In this document: positions 13,034 through 23,700 of the stretch, in pieces
Layout: every line of letters begins with the position of its first letter
Position numbering within the stretch: position 1 is the first letter of the stretch
Assembly: GCA_023920165.1 (NCBI GenBank)
Contig: CP089280.1
Span: forward strand, 496,001 to 560,000
Length of the DNA stretch: 64,000 nt
Source of the DNA: Curvularia clavata
Lineage: Eukaryota
Reading direction: 5' to 3'
Made by a program: the position numbers and the translations under genes
Notes under the pieces: generated by a model
What the model was told of the DNA's origin: nothing
Seen by the model: only the letters and a program-made list of their open reading frames with translations
Databases searched by the model: none

Positions 13034-13701
13034 ATGCCTCTTCGTTGTCCGCCCGGTGCGCTGCCGGATGCGTATCGCTTCATCTGTCTGCGAGCTGTCC
13101 GCGCCTTGGCGCGCCGTCAGTTCGACATTGCTTACGCCTACCCGTCCGATTCCTCCAAGAAGTGTCTTTATTGCACCCAGCAGAAGGAGAAGTGCGATCC
13201 TGTAAGTTTGCTTCTCTTTTCCTTCACTGTTTGCAGCTTGGCTAACCCGGATAGGTTCCCGAGTACGTCTTCGAGGAGTTTCACGATTTGATCGATGCCA
13301 TCGAGTTGTGTGCCATCGCTCGGTATGGCCCTGCAGTTGATGCCGATACGGAGGTATTGCTTGATCGAATCGCTGCCGCCGCTTTGGACATCGCCCGCAA
13401 GGTCCAAGTTGTCAGGTCCCAGGAGAAGGAGCTTTCAGTCAATCAGCTCCTCGTCGCCCAGAACCAGGTCCTGAGGGACATCCGAGACAGCATCTCGGAG
13501 TTGGTCGATACAGTCAATGGCATGGAAAGGCGCCTTTCGCGTCTTGAGGCCAGGTCGGCTCGGGGTGGCGCCCGGGTCGGCCCTCGGGTCGAGGAGTCGG
13601 AGGAATGGTCTGGTTTGTCCTCCTCCTCAGAGGAGGACAAGGGTGCGGTTGACCAGGAGATGGCCGACGCTGAGCAGGAGCGCTCTGATGTTGAACTTTG
13701 A
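13034..13701 (+). CDS. Antisense accessory protein, 204 aa; exons 13034-13201 and 13255-13701; CxxC-x6-C motif, coiled-coil-like region, acidic tail
   Basis: ATG at 13034; 53-nt intron GTAAGT..GCTAAC..TAG joins two ORF-track frames in phase: MPLRCPPG...KKCLYCTQQKEKCDP|VPEYVFEEFHDLIDAIEL...SDVEL*. Confidence 0.82.
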
Positions 13702-13799
13702 GTGAGGTGACATTTTGGGGGTTTGTTGGTGGTTGTGGGGTTCGGGTCCGAGTTTCCTTTGTTACTGATACCCAATGAAGTTTCTGTTTTTCCTTTTCT

Positions 13800-16700
13800 T
13801 TAAATTTTGTCATCCTGCAGTGAAGTCATATCCTCTGTGCCTTGTTCCCATGCCGTGATCCACTTGCCAAGGGAACGTGGGGGTCCCGGTTTGGTGGGAT
13901 GTTGTTCATGGAAGAGTTTGAGCTTGTGTGGGGCTCCCATGAAGTTTGAGGCTGGGTACCAGGTAGGATCCGGGTCATGTCCGACCCACCGTACTTGGTA
14001 TTTTAGGTTTGAGCGGTACAACTTGCTTGCTAGGATTTCTTCTACCTCCCATTCTTCCACGCCTTGGATGGGAGTTGCTGGGGGCTTTGGAGGTTCTTGT
14101 CCTGGGAGGGGGTCTTGAGGATCTTTGCATAATAGATCCGGGGCGAAGACATCATGGATCCGGGACCTTTTCGGAAGGTCCAAGCGGTATGAATGTCCTA
14201 CCTTCTCAAGTACCCTGAAGGGTCCCTCCCATTTGGAGGATAGCTTCCTACTCGGACGGTCTGACGCGAGGTTCCGGGTACTTAGGAAGACCATGTCTCC
14301 CACATCCCAGTCAACAGAACGACGATGGCGGTTGACTGTGGTTCGCATCCTGTCCTGGGCTTTCTCCATTTGTTCCTTAGCTACCTTCCATGCGTCGTGC
14401 ATGCGGGTAGCCATTTCCAATGCATCCTTATGGTTGAGTTTGTCAGTGGGGGTGAGAAGGCTGGTGGAATGTTTCCAGTCCCAACTCTGCCGGGGTTCGG
14501 AACCATATAGGATGTGGTACGGGGACATGCCAATGGAAGAATGTGGTAGGGAAATTTGAGCACGATCGATCAAAGGTAGAAGTCCACTCCAGTTGTCTTG
14601 GTAGTAGGATACGAATGGGCGCAACCTCTGATCGATGTACTTATTCATAATCTCTGTCTGACCATCCGTTTCTTTGTGGTAGGCGGTTGACAGCTTGACC
14701 TTAACGCCTAGGATTCGGCAGAATTCCGACCAGAAGCTTGAAATGAACTGTGGTCCTCGGTCAGAGACTATGGTTTCAGGTGTGTGGCCAAATCGGTACA
14801 CCCATTGAACGAATAGGTCGGCCATTCCCCTTGCATCAATAGTCTTGTGGCAGGGGATGGAGATGGCCTGCTTAGATAACCGGTCGATCACGACCATGAT
14901 CATGTCGTAACCGGATCGGTCTCGGGGAAATTCCTTAAAGTCGATGCACAGGTGCTGCATCGGCCGGTCAGGAATTGGCAAAGGATGAATCATCCCTGGA
15001 ATTCGGGTCTGTCTAGGATGGGCCTTCCTACAGGCTATGCAATTCCGCACATACCTTTTACAGGTGGATTCCATACCCTTCCAGTGGTACTTCTGGGACA
15101 GTAGTTGGTAGGTCTTCTTTGCACTGGGGTGCGCTGAGGATACCTGGTCGTGTACTTCCCGAATGAGGCGAGTCACAAGGGTAGAGGTGGAAGGAATGCA
15201 TAGGCGGTTGGAATAGAGCAGGAGTCCGTTTTCGATCCGGTATCTGTCCGGAAGGGACCTTCGCTCTGCCCCAAACGAGGCTCGGTTCTCTTGTAGGATA
15301 GACTCGATCAGCTCCAGCGAATCGAGGGACATCGGCTCCGATATGGGCTCAACTACAAGTAAGGAGAAAGATTCCGCTTGGAGTTGGGCTACATAGGTCT
15401 TAGCAAGTTCGGAGTTGATTCGGTTGTCAAGTCGGTGCGGTCCCAGGAGGACCCGCGAACGGTTGTCAATTTGGGCTGTCTTCAGATTCCCCACATCTTG
15501 CTCCCGTCGGGAGAGGATGTCAGCACGAGCATTATCCTTTCCGGGGGTGTATCGGATGTGGAAATTGAAGGATGCCAACTCTTCCGCCCATCGCACCTGG
15601 CGGGCATTCAGAACTTTGGTAGTCATGAAGTATTCAAGGGAACGGTGGTCTGAGTACACGTCGACACGAGAGCGTACCGACAGCAGTTCAGGTCGCCACT
15701 TGCTAAACGCCGTTACGATGGCGAATAGTTCTTTGTCGTGTATTTCCCAGTTCAGCTCAGACCCGGATAGGACCTTGCTGAAGAATGCTACAGGACACCA
15801 ATTTCCATTTGGCTGCTTTTGGGAAAGAACGCCTGCCACAACGCCATCGGACGCGTCGGTCTCCACCTTGGTATCATACTCTGGATGGTAGTGGTACAAG
15901 GTGGGAATTGCCAGCAGTGCAGATTTTAACCTTTCAAAGGCTTGGTCGCACTCCGAATCCCATACGAATGGTCTTGAGGGGCTCTGGAGGGCGAGGAGAG
16001 GTTTCGCAATTCGCGAGTATTCAGGAACGAACTGCCTGTAGAACCCAGTGAACCCTAGGAACGACTTCACACCAGTAACGGTGGTAGGTCGGACCCAATC
16101 TTGAAGGGCTTCCACCTTGTCAGGGTCCACCTCTAGACCTTGGTTGGTCAAAATGTACCCTAGGTATTTGGTCCGAGTGACATGGAATTCGCTTTTCTTG
16201 ATGTCAACTTGGAGACCGGCTTGCCTAAGCCTTTCCAAGACCTGTTGTACGTGGCGGGGGTGGTCCGGTTCCGATTCGGAGTAGATCAAAATGTCGTCTA
16301 GGTAGACTATGCAGAAGCTGTCTAGATAATCAATCAACACATCATTCATGTAGCGTTGATATGTTGCAGGGCCGTTGCATAATCCAAAAGGCAACACTTT
16401 GGACTTGTAGGTTCCGTATCTAGTGCGGAACGTGGTGTACTCCTCCGAGTCGGGGTGCATTCGGATCTTGTTGAATGCCGCACGTATGTCGAGCTTGGTG
16501 AAGATTTTCGCCTTGTGGGTGCGGGCTAGAAGCTCGTCAATGCGTGGTATCGAATACGCATCCTTTCTGGTGATTGCGTTGAGTCGGCGGTAATCTACAC
16601 AGATGCGAATGTCTCCGTTTGGCTTCCGAACACAAAGGACTGGGGAGGCGAAGGGGCAGTGGCTTGGGTCAATGTGTCCTTTCCTAAGGTTTTCCATTAC

Positions 16701-17822
16701 GAACGTCTTGGTGGCTTCGAGTTCTTCAGTGCTCTGCTTGTACAGAGGACTGAATTGATTCGGAAGAGGTTCGGTCAGCACAATCTTATGATCGTATGGG
16801 CGATGTTCGGGCAGTAGCTCTGCCGCTGTCTTGCTGAAGACATCGCGGTACGAATGGTAAGCGGATGGAAGTCGGTCCCGAACAAGTTTGGCGTTTTCGG
16901 GATCGTCTGGCTTCATGCGCTCTTCTAAGATGCGATCGATCTCATAGATACTTGTCGTGAAGAACTCGTTTTCCTTACGCTTCATAGAATAATGGAAAGC
17001 ATTTGCCGAAATGATGGCGATACGGGGTGAAGATGTTGGTCGGATAGGGTCCGGAGTAGGGTCGGGAACAGGTAGTGGTAGACGAACCTTGGGAAGTTTG
17101 AGGCATCCTCTAATTCTTCGCATGAGAGCTTTGCGAGGACTGTTTTGCCTACGGTAGTTGTCCTTTTCCCATAGTGCGTCTCGCCTCTGTATGTCCCGTT
17201 CCACATCAGCATCGATGGAAGGTTGTTTCAACTGTACAAGGATAGGTGGCGCGGGATCATATGTTGGAGGGTACTTGGCCGGCCATACGATCCGGTTCCG
17301 GCTCGTATCAAGCCTAAGCTGGAAACGTCTTAACCACTTGATTCCAATTATGCAGTCCTGTGTCCCTAGATCCATGATCACGAAGGGACAGTTGTAAATC
17401 TTTCTTCCATCGATTCGGATATGTAACCGAATATATTTGTCTACCCTAGTTTGGACTTGGTCCTGAAATCCTTTGACTGTGATCTTGAAGGGAAGTCTTC
17501 GGATGGGGACCTGAAGGGAGCCGGAGAGGGTACGAGCAATAGCAGAATTTAAGAATAAAAAGCCTTGGGCTCCAGTGTCAACTAAGGAGTGCAAGCTGAC
17601 ACCAAACCCTTTCGAACAAAGAACGGTGGGTACTAGGAAGTGTTTTCCTCCGAACAAGTGGGATAAATCAATTTTAGCTAGATCGTACTTGTTCATGCCT
17701 AGGGCGGAGAGTTTTCCTAGGCCTGGTGGTTTCCCGCCCGGTCCTCCTCCGATAAGTATTCGTGTGCTTCTTCGAATTCTTCCTTCTCTGCTTCGATTTC
17801 TCGAACCCGAGGAATGGGGCAC
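13800..17822 (-). CDS. pol: Pol polyprotein: protease, RT, RNase H, integrase, chromodomain (probably expressed by -1 frameshift from gag)
   Basis: LVDTGA, YLDDILIYS, ETDASD, H..H..CxxC, SDRGPQF, WEGPF, WEVEEIL..YQVRWVG..TWYP. Confidence 0.98.
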   Translation of the reverse strand: MPHSSGSRNRSREGRIRRSTRILIGGGPGGKPPGLGKLSALGMNKYDLAKIDLSHLFGGKHFLVPTVLCSKGFGVSLHSLVDTGAQGFLFLNSAIARTLSGSLQVPIRRLPFKITVKGFQDQVQTRVDKYIRLHIRIDGRKIYNCPFVIMDLGTQDCIIGIKWLRRFQLRLDTSRNRIVWPAKYPPTYDPAPPILVQLKQPSIDADVERDIQRRDALWEKDNYRRQNSPRKALMRRIRGCLKLPKVRLPLPVPDPTPDPIRPTSSPRIAIISANAFHYSMKRKENEFFTTSIYEIDRILEERMKPDDPENAKLVRDRLPSAYHSYRDVFSKTAAELLPEHRPYDHKIVLTEPLPNQFSPLYKQSTEELEATKTFVMENLRKGHIDPSHCPFASPVLCVRKPNGDIRICVDYRRLNAITRKDAYSIPRIDELLARTHKAKIFTKLDIRAAFNKIRMHPDSEEYTTFRTRYGTYKSKVLPFGLCNGPATYQRYMNDVLIDYLDSFCIVYLDDILIYSESEPDHPRHVQQVLERLRQAGLQVDIKKSEFHVTRTKYLGYILTNQGLEVDPDKVEALQDWVRPTTVTGVKSFLGFTGFYRQFVPEYSRIAKPLLALQSPSRPFVWDSECDQAFERLKSALLAIPTLYHYHPEYDTKVETDASDGVVAGVLSQKQPNGNWCPVAFFSKVLSGSELNWEIHDKELFAIVTAFSKWRPELLSVRSRVDVYSDHRSLEYFMTTKVLNARQVRWAEELASFNFHIRYTPGKDNARADILSRREQDVGNLKTAQIDNRSRVLLGPHRLDNRINSELAKTYVAQLQAESFSLLVVEPISEPMSLDSLELIESILQENRASFGAERRSLPDRYRIENGLLLYSNRLCIPSTSTLVTRLIREVHDQVSSAHPSAKKTYQLLSQKYHWKGMESTCKRYVRNCIACRKAHPRQTRIPGMIHPLPIPDRPMQHLCIDFKEFPRDRSGYDMIMVVIDRLSKQAISIPCHKTIDARGMADLFVQWVYRFGHTPETIVSDRGPQFISSFWSEFCRILGVKVKLSTAYHKETDGQTEIMNKYIDQRLRPFVSYYQDNWSGLLPLIDRAQISLPHSSIGMSPYHILYGSEPRQSWDWKHSTSLLTPTDKLNHKDALEMATRMHDAWKVAKEQMEKAQDRMRTTVNRHRRSVDWDVGDMVFLSTRNLASDRPSRKLSSKWEGPFRVLEKVGHSYRLDLPKRSRIHDVFAPDLLCKDPQDPLPGQEPPKPPATPIQGVEEWEVEEILASKLYRSNLKYQVRWVGHDPDPTWYPASNFMGAPHKLKLFHEQHPTKPGPPRSLGKWITAWEQGTEDMTSLQDDKI

Positions 17823-18907
17823 TCATTCGCATAATGTCCAGGTTTTCCGCAGTTATAGCAATTGCTAGTAGTCGGTTTGCTATCCAGTGCGGGGGTCTTT
17901 GAAGGGAACCTGGGGGTATTAGAATGAGCGCGAGATTGGGTCGGAGCTGGTTCGGATCGGACTCCATAAGTGTTTGGGCGGTAGTCCCGGTATTGACTGA
18001 CGCGGGGCTTCGTTGGTGGAGTACGAGAATTATTGGAAGTGGGTTCCGAACCGTGTCCGAAAGGAGTGTTCCTTCTTTCGGTATCGAAGGCAGTAAGGTG
18101 TTGTATCATCTTGTCAAAGGAGTTGTTCCACTGGTGTTTAAATCCCAAGTTTGGAACACGCAAGGCGGGGGTAATTTTTTCCCATAAGTAGAAAAACCAC
18201 TCCGACTTCGATACGGATCCTTTGACGGCAGCACTTATAAATTTTGCCTTAAATTCAGCGAAGGTTTCCTTTTTGTCCATGAGCAAGCGGTGGAAAGCAG
18301 CGCGGCTTTCCGCTTGCTCGTTGCCGGATACGAAGTATGATTTTAGAGTAGCTATCATATCTTCGGCGTTTTGGAACCGGTCCTCCACCGAATCGGCTAG
18401 GTACTGTGGTTCCAGGTATCCCTTGGCGATACCTGTAGTATGTCCCCAGACTAGAGCCATGCGTGCGCGTTCACTCCGATAATGGTCCGCGTTGATTGTT
18501 AAGCGGTCCTCTATTGACGCTTGCCATTGGCGGAACGTAGGTTCTGTTCCATCACTAAGGTTATCAATGGAAGGGGTACGTTCTGTGAGTTTGACACGTA
18601 GCAGGTCCGGGGTTGCTGACTGGTACCTTCCGAATTGAGTTTCGGTTGGTTCAGCGATAGTCGGTGGTGATTCGGTGGAGGGGAGAGGTTGATCTGGGGC
18701 TGCGGTGTTTTGGCGGGACAGCCGTGCGATTTGTTCGTTTAGCCTGTCGATCTCTGCCCGAAGGAGGCTAGTCTCATCCTCTTCCGAATCCTCTTCCTCT
18801 TCGACGGCTGGCGGTTTGCCAGGCGTCTTCTCTCTTGACTTCGAATCTTGGAAGCGCGGCGACTTCCTGGAAAGCTCTCCTGAGCCGGATGGGGTTCGGT
18901 CAGCCAT
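17717..18907 (-). CDS. gag: Gag with CCHC zinc knuckle
   Basis: 396-aa ORF containing CYNCGKPGHYANEC, upstream of and overlapping pol. Confidence 0.96.
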   Translation of the reverse strand: MADRTPSGSGELSRKSPRFQDSKSREKTPGKPPAVEEEEDSEEDETSLLRAEIDRLNEQIARLSRQNTAAPDQPLPSTESPPTIAEPTETQFGRYQSATPDLLRVKLTERTPSIDNLSDGTEPTFRQWQASIEDRLTINADHYRSERARMALVWGHTTGIAKGYLEPQYLADSVEDRFQNAEDMIATLKSYFVSGNEQAESRAAFHRLLMDKKETFAEFKAKFISAAVKGSVSKSEWFFYLWEKITPALRVPNLGFKHQWNNSFDKMIQHLTAFDTERRNTPFGHGSEPTSNNSRTPPTKPRVSQYRDYRPNTYGVRSEPAPTQSRAHSNTPRFPSKTPALDSKPTTSNCYNCGKPGHYANECPIPRVREIEAEKEEFEEAHEYLSEEDRAGNHQA

Positions 18908-19202
18908 CGACGGTTGTCTTCGTGGCTGATGGGTTTTTGGTAGTCTCCGAGTCTCTACCTTGGCGCAATCTACGCGACTTCTCCGAAGTTAACCTGACTG
19001 CAATCAGTACAGGAGGTCCAAACCCAAAGGCTTCGGTCGGCGGGAGATCGAAGGGATCCCGCCTGTGTGTGAATGTGGGACGTAACGGTGTGAAGTATCC
19101 GGAGCGGTTCCGGAGGGACTTGGGCTTGGGCGCGGTCTCAACAAACAAGCTGCGATATTGTTTTGAAGGCCGTCACCGGCTGGGACGAGATTTTTGATAT
19201 AA

Positions 19203-19473
19203 TGTAACGGCGCGAGCAAGACTAGTCGAATCGGTTCCGGTGGGAAGTGTCACTCAAATGCATATGGAAGTGCGTGGGACAGCAGAAACACCTTGGATTC
19301 GGTAGACACTCATAGGCCTGGTACGAAAGGATATCAAAAATCTACCGAACATCTATGGAAGGTACCTGGTACTTATACCTGGGTGCGGGTCTTCATCGGG
19401 TCTGACCCGGCTCTCAATCGGATCTTGATAAGCTGCCCTGGCTGGGGTATGTTTTGGTCTATGCATGGTTACA
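19203..19473 (-). repeat. Gypsy-1 shared middle LTR
   Basis: Same sequence as 12278-12548; PBS-like site on one side, PPT on the other. Confidence 0.97.
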
Positions 19474-19958
19474 TTACCCCCCCTCCCGGTAGACAGCTGG
19501 TCCCACAGCTGTCTGTTCCGGTTGTCATTCTTCTTCCCTGCACCATGGGGTCCCTCGTTCCTGATTTCCCCCAGATTTTCCCCACACTGCGCCACTTCGG
19601 GCAATAGGATGCTCCGGTTCCGGTGTGGCTCCCGTGGCCGTGCATGTCCTTCACTTGAGCCTCTGTGCCTGAGCCTCAGTGACCATTCCGGTACTCACGT
19701 GGCGCTGCTGCCTTGCTGCCTGGCCGCTAGGCCGTTTGCCTTCACCTGCCAGACAGGCCTGGACGCTTCGATCGGAGCTCCGAGTCGCCGGCGATTCGTT
19801 TGTAGTCAGGGTCCAACGGCTATCCAGGTCACGTGTGCCAAGACTGTTTGCTCCCCCAGTGTGTATATCAACAACAACACAGTGTCGCCGCCGAGTTTTC
19901 TCCTCCACGCTTCTCAATCAAAACAAGTCAATTACAACTCAACGCACTCGTTTTCGCT

Positions 19959-20626
19959 ATGCCTCTTCGTTGTCCGCCCGGTGCGCTGCCGGATGCGTAT
20001 CGCTTCATCTGTCTGCGAGCTGTCCGCGCCTTGGCGCGCCGTCAGTTCGACATTGCTTACGCCTACCCGTCCGATTCCTCCAAGAAGTGTCTTTATTGCA
20101 CCCAGCAGAAGGAGAAGTGCGATCCTGTAAGTTTGCTTCTCTTTTCCTTCACTGTTTGCAGCTTGGCTAACCCGGATAGGTTCCCGAGTACGTCTTCGAG
20201 GAGTTTCACGATTTGATCGATGCCATCGAGTTGTGTGCCATCGCTCGGTATGGCCCTGCAGTTGATGCCGATACGGAGGTATTGCTTGATCGAATCGCTG
20301 CCGCCGCTTTGGACATCGCCCGCAAGGTCCAAGTTGTCAGGTCCCAGGAGAAGGAGCTTTCAGTCAATCAGCTCCTCGTCGCCCAGAACCAGGTCCTGAG
20401 GGACATCCGAGACAGCATCTCGGAGTTGGTCGATACAGTCAATGGCATGGAAAGGCGCCTTTCGCGTCTTGAGGCCAGGTCGGCTCGGGGTGGCGCCCGG
20501 GTCGGCCCTCGGGTCGAGGAGTCGGAGGAATGGTCTGGTTTGTCCTCCTCCTCAGAGGAGGACAAGGGTGCGGTTGACCAGGAGATGGCCGACGCTGAGC
20601 AGGAGCGCTCTGATGTTGAACTTTGA
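19959..20626 (+). CDS. Antisense accessory protein copy 2; exons 19959-20126 and 20180-20626
   Basis: Same as 13034-13701 at offset 6925. Confidence 0.82.
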
Positions 20627-20724
20627 GTGAGGTGACATTTTGGGGGTTTGTTGGTGGTTGTGGGGTTCGGGTCCGAGTTTCCTTTGTTACTGATACCCAA
20701 TGAAGTTTCTGTTTTTCCTTTTCT

Positions 20725-23700
20725 TTAAATTTTGTCATCCTGCAGTGAAGTCATATCCTCTGTGCCTTGTTCCCATGCCGTGATCCACTTGCCAAGGGAA
20801 CGTGGGGGTCCCGGTTTGGTGGGATGTTGTTCATGGAAGAGTTTGAGCTTGTGTGGGGCTCCCATGAAGTTTGAGGCTGGGTACCAGGTAGGATCCGGGT
20901 CATGTCCGACCCACCGTACTTGGTATTTTAGGTTTGAGCGGTACAACTTGCTTGCTAGGATTTCTTCTACCTCCCATTCTTCCACGCCTTGGATGGGAGT
21001 TGCTGGGGGCTTTGGAGGTTCTTGTCCTGGGAGGGGGTCTTGAGGATCTTTGCATAATAGATCCGGGGCGAAGACATCATGGATCCGGGACCTTTTCGGA
21101 AGGTCCAAGCGGTATGAATGTCCTACCTTCTCAAGTACCCTGAAGGGTCCCTCCCATTTGGAGGATAGCTTCCTACTCGGACGGTCTGACGCGAGGTTCC
21201 GGGTACTTAGGAAGACCATGTCTCCCACATCCCAGTCAACAGAACGACGATGGCGGTTGACTGTGGTTCGCATCCTGTCCTGGGCTTTCTCCATTTGTTC
21301 CTTAGCTACCTTCCATGCGTCGTGCATGCGGGTAGCCATTTCCAATGCATCCTTATGGTTGAGTTTGTCAGTGGGGGTGAGAAGGCTGGTGGAATGTTTC
21401 CAGTCCCAACTCTGCCGGGGTTCGGAACCATATAGGATGTGGTACGGGGACATGCCAATGGAAGAATGTGGTAGGGAAATTTGAGCACGATCGATCAAAG
21501 GTAGAAGTCCACTCCAGTTGTCTTGGTAGTAGGATACGAATGGGCGCAACCTCTGATCGATGTACTTATTCATAATCTCTGTCTGACCATCCGTTTCTTT
21601 GTGGTAGGCGGTTGACAGCTTGACCTTAACGCCTAGGATTCGGCAGAATTCCGACCAGAAGCTTGAAATGAACTGTGGTCCTCGGTCAGAGACTATGGTT
21701 TCAGGTGTGTGGCCAAATCGGTACACCCATTGAACGAATAGGTCGGCCATTCCCCTTGCATCAATAGTCTTGTGGCAGGGGATGGAGATGGCCTGCTTAG
21801 ATAACCGGTCGATCACGACCATGATCATGTCGTAACCGGATCGGTCTCGGGGAAATTCCTTAAAGTCGATGCACAGGTGCTGCATCGGCCGGTCAGGAAT
21901 TGGCAAAGGATGAATCATCCCTGGAATTCGGGTCTGTCTAGGATGGGCCTTCCTACAGGCTATGCAATTCCGCACATACCTTTTACAGGTGGATTCCATA
22001 CCCTTCCAGTGGTACTTCTGGGACAGTAGTTGGTAGGTCTTCTTTGCACTGGGGTGCGCTGAGGATACCTGGTCGTGTACTTCCCGAATGAGGCGAGTCA
22101 CAAGGGTAGAGGTGGAAGGAATGCATAGGCGGTTGGAATAGAGCAGGAGTCCGTTTTCGATCCGGTATCTGTCCGGAAGGGACCTTCGCTCTGCCCCAAA
22201 CGAGGCTCGGTTCTCTTGTAGGATAGACTCGATCAGCTCCAGCGAATCGAGGGACATCGGCTCCGATATGGGCTCAACTACAAGTAAGGAGAAAGATTCC
22301 GCTTGGAGTTGGGCTACATAGGTCTTAGCAAGTTCGGAGTTGATTCGGTTGTCAAGTCGGTGCGGTCCCAGGAGGACCCGCGAACGGTTGTCAATTTGGG
22401 CTGTCTTCAGATTCCCCACATCTTGCTCCCGTCGGGAGAGGATGTCAGCACGAGCATTATCCTTTCCGGGGGTGTATCGGATGTGGAAATTGAAGGATGC
22501 CAACTCTTCCGCCCATCGCACCTGGCGGGCATTCAGAACTTTGGTAGTCATGAAGTATTCAAGGGAACGGTGGTCTGAGTACACGTCGACACGAGAGCGT
22601 ACCGACAGCAGTTCAGGTCGCCACTTGCTAAACGCCGTTACGATGGCGAATAGTTCTTTGTCGTGTATTTCCCAGTTCAGCTCAGACCCGGATAGGACCT
22701 TGCTGAAGAATGCTACAGGACACCAATTTCCATTTGGCTGCTTTTGGGAAAGAACGCCTGCCACAACGCCATCGGACGCGTCGGTCTCCACCTTGGTATC
22801 ATACTCTGGATGGTAGTGGTACAAGGTGGGAATTGCCAGCAGTGCAGATTTTAACCTTTCAAAGGCTTGGTCGCACTCCGAATCCCATACGAATGGTCTT
22901 GAGGGGCTCTGGAGGGCGAGGAGAGGTTTCGCAATTCGCGAGTATTCAGGAACGAACTGCCTGTAGAACCCAGTGAACCCTAGGAACGACTTCACACCAG
23001 TAACGGTGGTAGGTCGGACCCAATCTTGAAGGGCTTCCACCTTGTCAGGGTCCACCTCTAGACCTTGGTTGGTCAAAATGTACCCTAGGTATTTGGTCCG
23101 AGTGACATGGAATTCGCTTTTCTTGATGTCAACTTGGAGACCGGCTTGCCTAAGCCTTTCCAAGACCTGTTGTACGTGGCGGGGGTGGTCCGGTTCCGAT
23201 TCGGAGTAGATCAAAATGTCGTCTAGGTAGACTATGCAGAAGCTGTCTAGATAATCAATCAACACATCATTCATGTAGCGTTGATATGTTGCAGGGCCGT
23301 TGCATAATCCAAAAGGCAACACTTTGGACTTGTAGGTTCCGTATCTAGTGCGGAACGTGGTGTACTCCTCCGAGTCGGGGTGCATTCGGATCTTGTTGAA
23401 TGCCGCACGTATGTCGAGCTTGGTGAAGATTTTCGCCTTGTGGGTGCGGGCTAGAAGCTCGTCAATGCGTGGTATCGAATACGCATCCTTTCTGGTGATT
23501 GCGTTGAGTCGGCGGTAATCTACACAGATGCGAATGTCTCCGTTTGGCTTCCGAACACAAAGGACTGGGGAGGCGAAGGGGCAGTGGCTTGGGTCAATGT
23601 GTCCTTTCCTAAGGTTTTCCATTACGAACGTCTTGGTGGCTTCGAGTTCTTCAGTGCTCTGCTTGTACAGAGGACTGAATTGATTCGGAAGAGGTTCGGT

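Noticed and set aside
12257..13245. ORFs of 141, 221 and 163 aa spanning the LTR and 3' region (and their duplicates)
   Set aside because: They overlap in several frames, cross LTR boundaries and lack motifs; the spliced 13034-13701 model explains the region better
13288..13701. Accessory ORF as a retroviral env gene
   Set aside because: It is antisense and has no signal peptide or transmembrane segment
13807..19219. Many short ORFs overlapping gag/pol on either strand
   Set aside because: Shadow frames of GC-rich coding sequence
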